Shown here piece by piece: positions 48,689 through 56,135 of a stretch of 64,000 bases of DNA. Source of the stretch: a phage. The notes beneath the pieces were generated by a model. That model ran no database searches, was not told the DNA's origin, and saw nothing but the letters and a program-made list of their open reading frames with translations. Location: sequence record PX667085.1; one strand, given 5' to 3'. The position numbers were made by a program, and so were the translations under genes. The number at the start of each line of letters is the position of its first letter. Position 1 is the stretch's first letter.

Positions 48689-48718
48689 ACTATACTACAT
48701 TTTACTATTGGTTGTCAA
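48689..48718 (-). promoter_or_regulatory. tRNA-unit promoter 1 (AACTATTGACAA motif, -10 TATAGT)
   Basis: minus-strand TTGACA at plus 48713-48718, TATAGT 18 nt downstream; directly precedes tRNA-Gly. Confidence 0.45.
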
Positions 48719-48993
48719 TAGTTTTATTGAGTGGGACAGTGACGAGTATCCCATTGGGTGACTAGCCCTACGTTCGGTAAGCTAACTTAAAATAATACAA
48801 AACCAAAGTCAAATATTATTCTTCGTTGCTGTCGATGGGAGAGCCGCTTCTTCTTTTGCCCCATCCAACCCTACTCCGGTCAAGTTTCAGGTAACTCTTT
48901 TTGTGTGATCAACACAATACTAAGAACACTGTCTTTCGAACAGACCTTGTGCACAGGATACGACGATCAATCACAGTGCTCTTAATGTTGTGT

Positions 48994-49068
48994 TGGTGCT
49001 CCCACTCTGAATCGAACAGAGATCCACGGATTACAAAACCGTTGTAATAGCCATTATACTATAGGAGC
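48994..49068 (-). tRNA. tRNA-Thr (anticodon TGT)
   Basis: CCA encoded; T-arm CTCTG-AATCGAA-CAGAG; anticodon loop TTTGTAA. Confidence 0.6.
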
Positions 49069-49074
49069 AAAGCT

Positions 49075-49151
49075 GGGACTCGGCAGGATTCGATACCTGC
49101 AATTCCAGAAGCCTCTTGGCGACTGGGGGTTTACCTTAACTCTACAAGTCC
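49075..49151 (-). tRNA. tRNA-like element with atypical 8-nt T-loop, anticodon unresolved
   Basis: acceptor pairs (6 bp plus one G-U) and T-stem GCAGG/CCTGC present, but T-loop is TATCGAAT and no 5-7-5 anticodon arm found; no CCA. Confidence 0.3.
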
Positions 49152-49158
49152 ATAATTC

Positions 49159-49244
49159 TGGCGATGAGTATAGGATTTGAACCTATATCGTTCTTTCGAA
49201 CACGGATTAACAGTCCGCCGCTTAAACCATTCAGCCAACTCATC
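49159..49244 (-). tRNA. tRNA-Asn (anticodon GTT) with extended 15-nt variable arm
   Basis: CCA and G73; perfect acceptor; anticodon arm GCGGA-CTGTTAA-TCCGT; extra hairpin GTTC-GAAA-GAAC before T-arm; 86 nt. Confidence 0.5.
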
Positions 49245-49250
49245 TTAATT

Positions 49251-49338
49251 TGGTGGTGAGTGATGGAGTCGAACCACCCGAATCGCAATGATAACAGATT
49301 TACAGTCTGCCCCGCTACCCCTACGGAATTAACTCACC
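49251..49338 (-). tRNA. tRNA-Tyr (anticodon GTA), class II
   Basis: CCA, A73, perfect acceptor; anticodon arm CAGACTGTAAATCTG; long variable arm; 88 nt. Confidence 0.7.
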
Positions 49339-49468
49339 TAAATACTAATATTTAAATTCTTTTTAAAATAGCCAGTGTTCACACCACTAACTATGAGTTA
49401 TCGGTAAGATGGTGGAGGCCATCTGCCGAAAGTTTACTCTATTAAAGTAAGCTATATTAAAAAGAACT

Positions 49469-49554
49469 TGGCGGTAGATGTAGGACTCGAACCTACACGC
49501 CGTTTCCGACTACAGTTTAGCAAACTGTCGTGGCTACCATTTCACCAATCTACC
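49469..49554 (-). tRNA. tRNA-Ser (anticodon GCT), class II
   Basis: CCA, G73, perfect acceptor; anticodon stem ACAGT/ACTGT with loop TTGCTAA; long variable arm. Confidence 0.7.
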
Positions 49555-49558
49555 AATC

Positions 49559-49649
49559 TGGCGGAAGGAGGGAGAGTCGAACTCCCAAGGCTCTTTCAAG
49601 CTCGGCGGTTTTCAAGACCGTTTTCGTCGCCACGTCGATTTGCCCTTCC
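49559..49649 (-). tRNA. tRNA-Ser (anticodon TGA), class II
   Basis: CCA, G73; anticodon region CGGTCTTGAAAACCG; long variable arm; exact 5' boundary uncertain. Confidence 0.55.
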
Positions 49650-49657
49650 ATACTTAT

Positions 49658-49687
49658 AATCTAACATAAAATAATGTTAGTTGTCAA
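49658..49687 (-). promoter_or_regulatory. tRNA-unit promoter 2 (AACTATTGACAA motif)
   Basis: minus-strand TTGACA at plus 49682-49687, -10 candidate TAGATT; directly precedes tRNA-Ser(TGA). Confidence 0.4.
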
Positions 49688-49883
49688 TAGTTTTTTAAAA
49701 CATTTTACCATGAATGGTGACTCCACCAACCCCCGTTCTCAACGAACGGTGCTCTTCGAGCATTTATGTCTTCTAATATAACCGTGGCCTTTGTTTATAA
49801 TGTCTGACATACTTGCCTCATTCTCTGCCACCATGATCAGTAGTGGGTTCAAATCACTTGAGCTAATTCATGTTAAAATGTTC

Positions 49884-49958
49884 TGGTGTCTTTACAAGGA
49901 ATCGAACCTTGACTAAGAGTTTAGAAGACTCCTGTGCTATCCATTACACCATAAAGAC
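49884..49958 (-). tRNA. tRNA-Arg (anticodon TCT)
   Basis: CCA, perfect acceptor, T-arm CAAGG-AATCGAA-CCTTG; anticodon loop CTTCTAA. Confidence 0.7.
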
Positions 49959-49960
49959 GT

Positions 49961-50035
49961 TGGTGGCCCTGGCTGGTTTCGATCCAGCTACCTATCGGTT
50001 ATGAGCCGACAGCTCTCCCATTGAGCTACAGGGCC
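49961..50035 (-). tRNA. tRNA with anticodon CAT (Met or lysidine-type Ile)
   Basis: CCA, perfect acceptor; anticodon loop CTCATAA; T-loop reads ATCGAAA (A at position 54). Confidence 0.6.
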
Positions 50036-50244
50036 ATAAATGTGGTAACAGAGACGCTGACTATTGTAGAGAACCGCTACATTCTCTAAGACCAAGCCCA
50101 ACTTTCAGCGTAAAAGTTCTTGAGCCGAGATTATTCCTTTTCCTCTTTGGTAGCTAACCTCTGAAGAAGTAGTCTCTAACACTACCGCAGTGCAAGCCCA
50201 TCTTAACAAAAGTCAACGACCCTCTTACCACACTTGATGAACGT

Positions 50245-50274
50245 ATCCTAACATATGAAGGATACGTTTGTCAA
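50245..50274 (-). promoter_or_regulatory. tRNA-unit promoter 3 (AACTATTGACAA motif)
   Basis: minus-strand TTGACA at plus 50269-50274, -10 candidate TAGGAT; adjacent inverted repeat ACGTATCCT...AGGATACGT. Confidence 0.4.
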
Positions 50275-50281
50275 TAGTTAT

Positions 50282-50530
50282 TTAAGCATATTCTGCTACT
50301 TCTTCACTATCTTTCTTTTCCAGAAGAGCAACAACCAAAGCTTCTGCGTTAAAAGTATTAATTTCAAGATCCATCTCTCGCATCAGAGCCAAGAAATCAA
50401 TAACTTTAACATCTTTAGTGATTACAATAGAAGTTGTACCATTGTTTTCAGATGTGTATTTTTCTGGATGGAAAAGAAAAACTGCATTGCCGTTACCATC
50501 TTCAAACACGTGTTTTTCTAATAGAGACAT
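50282..50530 (-). CDS. hypothetical protein (start revised)
   Basis: internal ATG at 50528-50530 with SD AGGAGGAACA gives 82 aa MSLLEKHVFEDG...; track start at 50596 overlaps upstream gene. Confidence 0.4.
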   Translation of the reverse strand: MSLLEKHVFEDGNGNAVFLFHPEKYTSENNGTTSIVITKDVKVIDFLALMREMDLEINTFNAEALVVALLEKKDSEEVAEYA

Positions 50531-50538
50531 TGTTCCTC

Positions 50539-50790
50539 CTAATCTGTTAGTTGTTCGTCCTCTACCAAGTTTGACACGAGAACGTCTGTTATACATTGAT
50601 GCTGATAAACCCTTTCGGGACTATCATCAAAAGCCAAACCTGTGCAAATAGAACAGAGGTCTGATTCCTTGATGACTCCATTTTTATCACGTCTGGAGTG
50701 GTTTGTCAAATGCCTATTACAAGCACGGCACCTAAAATAAAAGCTATTTTGCATATATCCTTCGAACCCCAAATGGGGAGTGATCGGCAT
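50539..50790 (-). CDS. small zinc-finger protein
   Basis: 83 aa; CRAC...CSIC cysteine pairs. Confidence 0.4.
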   Translation of the reverse strand: MPITPHLGFEGYMQNSFYFRCRACNRHLTNHSRRDKNGVIKESDLCSICTGLAFDDSPERVYQHQCITDVLVSNLVEDEQLTD

Positions 50791-50827
50791 CTCCTCACTT
50801 CTAGTTTAGCACGAAGGATATCTTAAG

Positions 50828-51013
50828 TCAACTAGGAATAATTTTATCCTTTTTGGTTTCATAACCAGTCCAATCTAAATCCTCCCAGCCTTCATCATCG
50901 TCTAACACATTGTCATCATCATAAGATGCAATGTTATAAATAGAACGTGGATTACAAGACATACAATCTTTAATAGGCACATGATGCCATTTGCACGGAT
51001 TCTCGCTAATCAT
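50828..51013 (-). CDS. small Cys-containing acidic protein
   Basis: 61 aa; CKWHHVPIKDCMSC; acidic tail; first gene leftward of divergence region. Confidence 0.35.
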   Translation of the reverse strand: MISENPCKWHHVPIKDCMSCNPRSIYNIASYDDDNVLDDDEGWEDLDWTGYETKKDKIIPS

Positions 51014-51039
51014 TGCACACCTCCATTCTTGTTAAGATG

Positions 51040-51243
51040 TTCCGTACTGTACTTCATACTGATCTATAGATCAAGTATTATTTATAATAATTTATTATTT
51101 TATTTTTAATTGATAGAAGTTGATCTGTACGTACCAGTTCTGATACACTGTACCTGTTTGTTAGATCTAATAATTATTTATTATTAATATTTAATAATTA
51201 TTAATCTAGTACGGAGTACAGTACTTGAGTACAGAGTACTACA
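51040..51243. promoter_or_regulatory. palindrome- and GTAC-rich AT-rich divergence region (candidate operator array or origin)
   Basis: perfect palindromes TGATCTATAGATCA (51060-51073), GTACGTAC (51127-51134), TTAGATCTAA (51161-51170); five AGTAC in 51208-51243; A/T runs between. Confidence 0.4.
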
Positions 51244-51494
51244 TCAACAACCTAAAACCTTAACTCGCTGCGCTCGTTAATAGATTTCTAGGGTAGCATA
51301 CTTCGAACACAAAAGTCAAGAGTTTTATTAAAAATTATTTTCTGTGTGCAAAAACCTTGCTTAAACAGGTAGCAATAGTATAGCCTATAACATAAGCTTC
51401 ATAAGAGGCTCGTAGAGCAAGTTCACTTACTAGGTAAGGTGATTTATCATCTTATATATAAAAAGTGCGTCAGAGACGCGTTTAGGAGGTTAGA

Positions 51495-51818
51495 ATGAGA
51501 TTTACAAGACAAGAGGTAGTTGTGCTGGACGAAGCAATGACAATGATCGTCTTTTACTATGAGGATATCTTCTGTGCAGCATATCATTTAAATGACATTC
51601 AGATTGAATGGCAGCAGATAGCATTCCTGTTGGACAAGAGTAATCATTTGGATGGCTTTGAGTATTTGGAGTGGGATGGTGCAAAGGAAGTTAAAATTGT
51701 AGGGTTAAATCACGATCAGATTGTTGACATGCAATGTAAGTTGTGTCATTATCAGTTCTCAAACAAAGTCAAACTCGAAAGGCAATTGGAGGTGGTTAAA
51801 GATGATAGCACTAATTAG
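51495..51818 (+). CDS. hypothetical early protein
   Basis: 107 aa; SD TAGGAGG; first gene of plus-strand block. Confidence 0.45.
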   Translation: MRFTRQEVVVLDEAMTMIVFYYEDIFCAAYHLNDIQIEWQQIAFLLDKSNHLDGFEYLEWDGAKEVKIVGLNHDQIVDMQCKLCHYQFSNKVKLERQLEVVKDDSTN

Positions 51819-51914
51819 TGAGAATCCAGTCCTGACAACAATTGTTCTGATTTTTGCCATGTGTGTGGTTCACGATATTCTGGTAAGTTATTTTGACAAC
51901 AAAGGAGGTAAGAA

Positions 51915-52109
51915 ATGAAAGACGTTATTCAAATGGTATTCCGTGTAACTCTAGATGGTATACACGTTGTTAAAGGCACACAGAACTACACAGAAGCGAA
52001 AGAATACTTCTTAGAGTGGATTGATACACTGAAGACACAAGATGTGTCCTACAGCCGTGTTACGCTTACTGGCGACCATACCCCAATCATGGAGTACGTA
52101 AAGAAATGA
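51915..52109 (+). CDS. hypothetical protein
   Basis: 64 aa ORF, SD AAGGAGG. Confidence 0.4.
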   Translation: MKDVIQMVFRVTLDGIHVVKGTQNYTEAKEYFLEWIDTLKTQDVSYSRVTLTGDHTPIMEYVKK

Positions 52110-52345
52110 GCAACTATCCAATTACAGGCGTAACCTATTCTTGTGTAGCAAAAGGTGGTTTATATACAGTAGTGGAATTTCCAAAACCTGCCGGAATATC
52201 TAAAGTGTTTGATCCTGTGGTTATCTATGAAGATCTTAGAACAGGTCAACGTTACTGGAGATTTGTGAATGACTTTTTAGATCGTATGGAGGTAGTAAGT
52301 GGCGAAAACACCGAAGAAGTTATCAAAGCCAAAGAACGTTACTAA
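52106..52345 (+). CDS. hypothetical protein
   Basis: 79 aa ORF, start overlaps previous stop (ATGA). Confidence 0.4.
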   Translation: MSNYPITGVTYSCVAKGGLYTVVEFPKPAGISKVFDPVVIYEDLRTGQRYWRFVNDFLDRMEVVSGENTEEVIKAKERY

Positions 52346-52652
52346 GAAACCGAAAAACGAGGTTCTCAAAGTAGCTAAATCAGTTCCTAAGAAAGATAAA
52401 TTTGATACGGAGGCATTCGTCTTTGACACACCAATCGAGAAGATTGAAGAAGCGTTGCAACGTCTTGAGGAGCAGGAGGCAGATCCGATGGCTGAACCAC
52501 TCACGGCAGACCAAATTTATTGGTGGGGAATATGGACTTTGCAACTGCCAGAAGCAAAAAGAAGAGGAATGACTTCAGTTCCTACTTGTGCAAAAGAAGC
52601 GGCTGTGTTAGGTTTGTATGAGAAATCTAAAAAGAGGAGCAAAAAGAAATGA
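52299..52652 (+). CDS. lysine-rich basic protein (possible nucleic-acid binding)
   Basis: GTG start with SD GGAGG inside the 3' end of upstream gene; Lys-rich N- and C-termini. Confidence 0.4.
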   Translation: MAKTPKKLSKPKNVTKKPKNEVLKVAKSVPKKDKFDTEAFVFDTPIEKIEEALQRLEEQEADPMAEPLTADQIYWWGIWTLQLPEAKRRGMTSVPTCAKEAAVLGLYEKSKKRSKKK

Positions 52653-52930
52653 TCAAGACTTTTCTGAAGTGTGTAAAAGCAACAGATAATGAGTGGTACT
52701 CTGGATTATTCACTGCTGGCAAGAAATACGAGATCCTCAACGGGACAGGCAAGAAGTTTTCTCTCGTTGTAAACGATGAAGGCACGAAGCAAATGGTTTT
52801 TGCTGAAAGTTCTGTTTATGGTATTTTTGAAGTAGTGCAAGAAGGCTCTCCAATGATTCTGGAGTATCATGGCACTAATAAACCATATACTGCTATAGAT
52901 GTTATCAACAACAAGAGGAATGCAAAATGA
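52649..52930 (+). CDS. hypothetical protein
   Basis: 93 aa, coupled. Confidence 0.4.
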   Translation: MIKTFLKCVKATDNEWYSGLFTAGKKYEILNGTGKKFSLVVNDEGTKQMVFAESSVYGIFEVVQEGSPMILEYHGTNKPYTAIDVINNKRNAK

Positions 52931-53109
52931 TTTTACTCTATTCCGGTAAGGCAAAATACATGCAAGGTGTTAAACGTGTAGAGGTTACTAAGACAGTAAC
53001 AATCGGGAAATCTTTTATCGTTTATTATTTCCTTGTTAATGGGAAGGAGTATGCTGTAGCAAAGACCTTGGTTGATAAGGGTAAAACGTGGAAAGTGGAG
53101 GCACTATGA
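52927..53109 (+). CDS. hypothetical protein
   Basis: 60 aa, coupled. Confidence 0.3.
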   Translation: MILLYSGKAKYMQGVKRVEVTKTVTIGKSFIVYYFLVNGKEYAVAKTLVDKGKTWKVEAL

Positions 53110-53312
53110 TCCCTGTAGCTGGGTGGGTGGTATTGGCAACACTTAATGGGAATGTTACTGTGGAGACTAAAACCATCTTCAAAGCACCAGAAGATTGCTA
53201 TAACTCCTTGGTAACTTGGCCTCGTGATGAGGATGATAAGGCAGAGTATCAGTGTTTTTACATTGAGGGTAAGCCTGTAGAATTTGAGGTTAAAGTGAAG
53301 GAGGAAAAATGA
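53088..53312 (+). CDS. hypothetical protein
   Basis: 74 aa with predicted N-terminal hydrophobic segment. Confidence 0.35.
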   Translation: MESGGTMIPVAGWVVLATLNGNVTVETKTIFKAPEDCYNSLVTWPRDEDDKAEYQCFYIEGKPVEFEVKVKEEK

Positions 53313-53779
53313 AAATTAAAGTAACTAAAGCTTACGATGATAACCCGAAGTTTATCTCTTTGAATAAGAGCTATGGTATCGAAAACGGTGATGAGTTCGA
53401 GGTTATCGATCTTTTTGAGGACCACGGGTATATTGTCAAAGCCCCAATCACAGAGCAGGCTATTATCATCTTACGCACAGAGGCTGTTGAGGTAGGTTCT
53501 GATGAGCCTCAATATGACAGCCCATACATGACAGAGTGGATCGTAGCTGTGGATGTTGGAGGTATGGTTTCTGTACTGAAAGCTCCTAATCTCCATCCTG
53601 GTTTTACAGAGAACGGTAAGACAGCTTTGGATTATGGGTTGCCAGAAGATGTTGAGAATACACCGCCAGGTATGTACCGTTGGATTTGCTCTTTCCATGA
53701 AGAGAAGGATTGGGAATCAGGACTTGTTGATGATTGGCATTTTGAAGTGGAAAGTTCTTTTTTGATCATGCCAGCTTAA
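53309..53779 (+). CDS. hypothetical protein
   Basis: 156 aa, SD GGAGGAAAA. Confidence 0.4.
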   Translation: MKIKVTKAYDDNPKFISLNKSYGIENGDEFEVIDLFEDHGYIVKAPITEQAIIILRTEAVEVGSDEPQYDSPYMTEWIVAVDVGGMVSVLKAPNLHPGFTENGKTALDYGLPEDVENTPPGMYRWICSFHEEKDWESGLVDDWHFEVESSFLIMPA

Positions 53780-53789
53780 AGGAGGTTAT

Positions 53790-54134
53790 ATGAAAGTTTG
53801 GATAGATGATATGCGGAACCCAGCCGACTATGGACAGGAAGATGCAATTTGGTTTAAAACGTCACAAGAAGCTATGGCCTTTCTCAATGATCCTGCTAAA
53901 CTGTATCGAAGAGTAACCGAGTGGTCTTTTGACAATGATTTAGGTATGGAGTCAGACCAAGATGGGTATGATGTTTTCCTGCACCTGGAAGAACTTCTGG
54001 CGTTTGGTAAACCTTGCTTTGGTTCACCTACCATTTTCGTGCATACTTCTAATCCCGCCGCTGGGGATAAATTCATGCTTGCAAAAGAATCCATGCAGCG
54101 TTATGGTATTAAAATGATTCGTGTGCACTACTAA
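53790..54134 (+). CDS. hypothetical protein
   Basis: 114 aa, SD AAGGAGG. Confidence 0.4.
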   Translation: MKVWIDDMRNPADYGQEDAIWFKTSQEAMAFLNDPAKLYRRVTEWSFDNDLGMESDQDGYDVFLHLEELLAFGKPCFGSPTIFVHTSNPAAGDKFMLAKESMQRYGIKMIRVHY

Positions 54135-54293
54135 GGAGAGAACATGCATCATTCGGTTTGGTCGGAACAAGAAGAGGACGAAGGTTACTTTATCTACAGA
54201 GAAGAAGAGGATTGGCCCGACACAAGCAATGATCTTTTACTTCCAGATACTAGTTTTTTCGAGGATAATTTAAGAGAGGAGGATTAGGAAACA

Positions 54294-54650
54294 ATGAGTG
54301 GTATTGAAAACAACATTTGTTACCAACCTCTTACCTGGATGGGTGAGGGTCATTATGCGCAACGTGTTATCGTCTGTGCTGCAAATAAGTATATTTTGAA
54401 TAATGGTGAAGAATTAATTATTCCTTGTGTTCGACATGCAAATCCTGTACTATATGCACAGTTAAACGTGTTGAAAGAAGCAGGTGTAATCAACAAAACT
54501 TTGTGCACACCAGATAATCAAGGCTTTATCGATCAGTATTACAATTGGTGGAGTCGTGCGGATGCTTACATCATCGCGGAAAATGCTGACCAAATCGACC
54601 ATGAGCGTAATGGTCACGACCATGAATTATTTAGCGAGGGATTATACTAA
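54294..54650 (+). CDS. hypothetical protein, coupled to RNA-repair-like operon
   Basis: 118 aa; stop overlaps next start (TAATG); no motif resolved. Confidence 0.4.
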   Translation: MSGIENNICYQPLTWMGEGHYAQRVIVCAANKYILNNGEELIIPCVRHANPVLYAQLNVLKEAGVINKTLCTPDNQGFIDQYYNWWSRADAYIIAENADQIDHERNGHDHELFSEGLY

Positions 54651-55201
54651 TGTTTATTACAAGCGATTTGCATTTTATGCATAAACGTATTCGAGAGTTT
54701 GCTCCTGAATATCGTCCGTGGGAAGATATGGACCACATGACAGAAGCCTTGATCGAAGCATGGAACAAATGTGCTACTACTTCTGGTGTTAAGATGTGGC
54801 ATTTGGGCGACTTCTGTTTCGGAACTGAAGAAGATACCCGTAAAATTGCTTCCCGTCTCCAAGGAGATATCACCTACTGTGTTGGGAACCATGACTACAG
54901 CAAACACCGAGAAGTGCTTGCAGAGTATGGAGAAGTGGTGTATTATGACGAAGTGAAATATCAGAAGCTGTTCTTCGTCTTAAGCCATTACCCTATGGCC
55001 TCCTGGAATAAACAAGGTCGTGGATCAATCATGCTACACGGGCATTCCCACGGATCTTTCCCTGATGAAGCTTATGGTAAAATGTTAGATGTGGGTTGGG
55101 ATGCACACGGAAAAATCTTGCATTTTGATGAGATAATTTCTATGATGAGTAAACGAGATATCGTGACTGTAGACCATCACAAAATAATCAAAGGAGAGTA
55201 A
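54650..55201 (+). CDS. calcineurin-like metallophosphoesterase (candidate RNA 3'-phosphatase / 2',3'-cyclic phosphodiesterase)
   Basis: motifs SDLHFMH (DxH), HLGDFCFG (GD), VGNHD (GNHD), later HGHSHG. Confidence 0.6.
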   Translation: MFITSDLHFMHKRIREFAPEYRPWEDMDHMTEALIEAWNKCATTSGVKMWHLGDFCFGTEEDTRKIASRLQGDITYCVGNHDYSKHREVLAEYGEVVYYDEVKYQKLFFVLSHYPMASWNKQGRGSIMLHGHSHGSFPDEAYGKMLDVGWDAHGKILHFDEIISMMSKRDIVTVDHHKIIKGE

Positions 55202-55202
55202 T

Positions 55203-56135
55203 GTGGCTAAATTTAATTGCGACGATTTGGTTGAAAAAGGTTTAGTTCATAAGAAAACATATAAAGAAGGAGAGTATTCTGGTCTATCTGTTCTTAAGTA
55301 TAAGAACAAAGTTTTCTGGGATAACTTATGGAGCATTGATTCTCGTCTTCTAGAATGTCGCGGAATCGTTGTTGATGCTGATGACAATGTTGTTATTTGG
55401 CCTTTCACTAAGATTTTTAATCGTTTTGAGAATGGCACAGATCTACCAGCGGATGAATTTGTAGATGTGGTTCGTAAAGTAAATGGTTTTATGGCCTCTG
55501 TAGGTGTATATAAAGGTCAACTTATTGTATCTACAACAGGAAGCCTTGAATCAGATTTTGCAAGTATTGCAAAGAATCATATTGTTTCAGAGTGTGATGA
55601 CATAGAACACTTCATCAAATGGACAGAGAGTGCAAAAGCAACTTTCCTTTTTGAAATCTGTGATCCTTCTGATCCGCATATTGTCGAAGAAGAACCAGGT
55701 GCATACTTAATTGGTGCCAGAATTCAAAATCCTGATGGGACAAGTTTTATGTTACCTGAAGGTGCTCTTGATGGAATTGCTTCTGTCACCAAATTTAAGC
55801 GTCCTGAAGTTCATCCAATGGTTAAGTTTTCAGATGTTGTTGAAATGTCTAAACATTGTAAACACGAAGGGTTTGTAGTTCGTGAAACAAACTATCCGTT
55901 CAACTTACTTTTAAAAATTAAATCACCACACTATCTTACTAAGAAGTTTCTTATGCGCGGTGGAGATAAAAAGTGGGATCTGATTTGGGATAATCCAAAA
56001 AATGCCAAACAAATGGTTGACGAAGAATATTACGCTTTGTTAGAATGGATTCGAAATAATTTTACGAAGATTCAATGGGCTGCTTTAAATCAGCAAGAGC
56101 GACGTGAAAAAATCGAAAACTTTTTTGGAGGATAA
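55203..56135 (+). CDS. RNA-ligase-like covalent nucleotidyltransferase
   Basis: GTG start after AGGAGAG; motif I RKVNGF (KxNG), motif IV EGFVVRE, motif V LLLKIKS; a separate DNA-ligase-like gene exists at 57283. Confidence 0.55.
   Translation: MAKFNCDDLVEKGLVHKKTYKEGEYSGLSVLKYKNKVFWDNLWSIDSRLLECRGIVVDADDNVVIWPFTKIFNRFENGTDLPADEFVDVVRKVNGFMASVGVYKGQLIVSTTGSLESDFASIAKNHIVSECDDIEHFIKWTESAKATFLFEICDPSDPHIVEEEPGAYLIGARIQNPDGTSFMLPEGALDGIASVTKFKRPEVHPMVKFSDVVEMSKHCKHEGFVVRETNYPFNLLLKIKSPHYLTKKFLMRGGDKKWDLIWDNPKNAKQMVDEEYYALLEWIRNNFTKIQWAALNQQERREKIENFFGG

Noticed and set aside
48929-48946. Palindromic GTCT-TTCGAAC-AGAC resembling a T-arm
   Set aside because: TTCGAA is self-complementary so the strand is ambiguous, and neither strand yields an acceptor stem or anticodon arm.
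49842-49858. GGGTTCAAATC T-loop-like string suggesting a plus-strand tRNA
   Set aside because: No complementary acceptor stem in the flanks and the T-stem pairs only with a shifted loop.
48111-50035. tRNA cluster as an integration site or mobile-element boundary
   Set aside because: No integrase, transposase, direct-repeat attachment sites or inverted terminal repeats were found near the array; it reads as an intrinsic phage tRNA operon.
52299-52345. Programmed frameshift between overlapping ORFs 52106..52345 and 52299..52652
   Set aside because: The downstream ORF has its own GGAGG ribosome-binding site and GTG start inside the overlap, and the frame relation is +1 with no slippery sequence.
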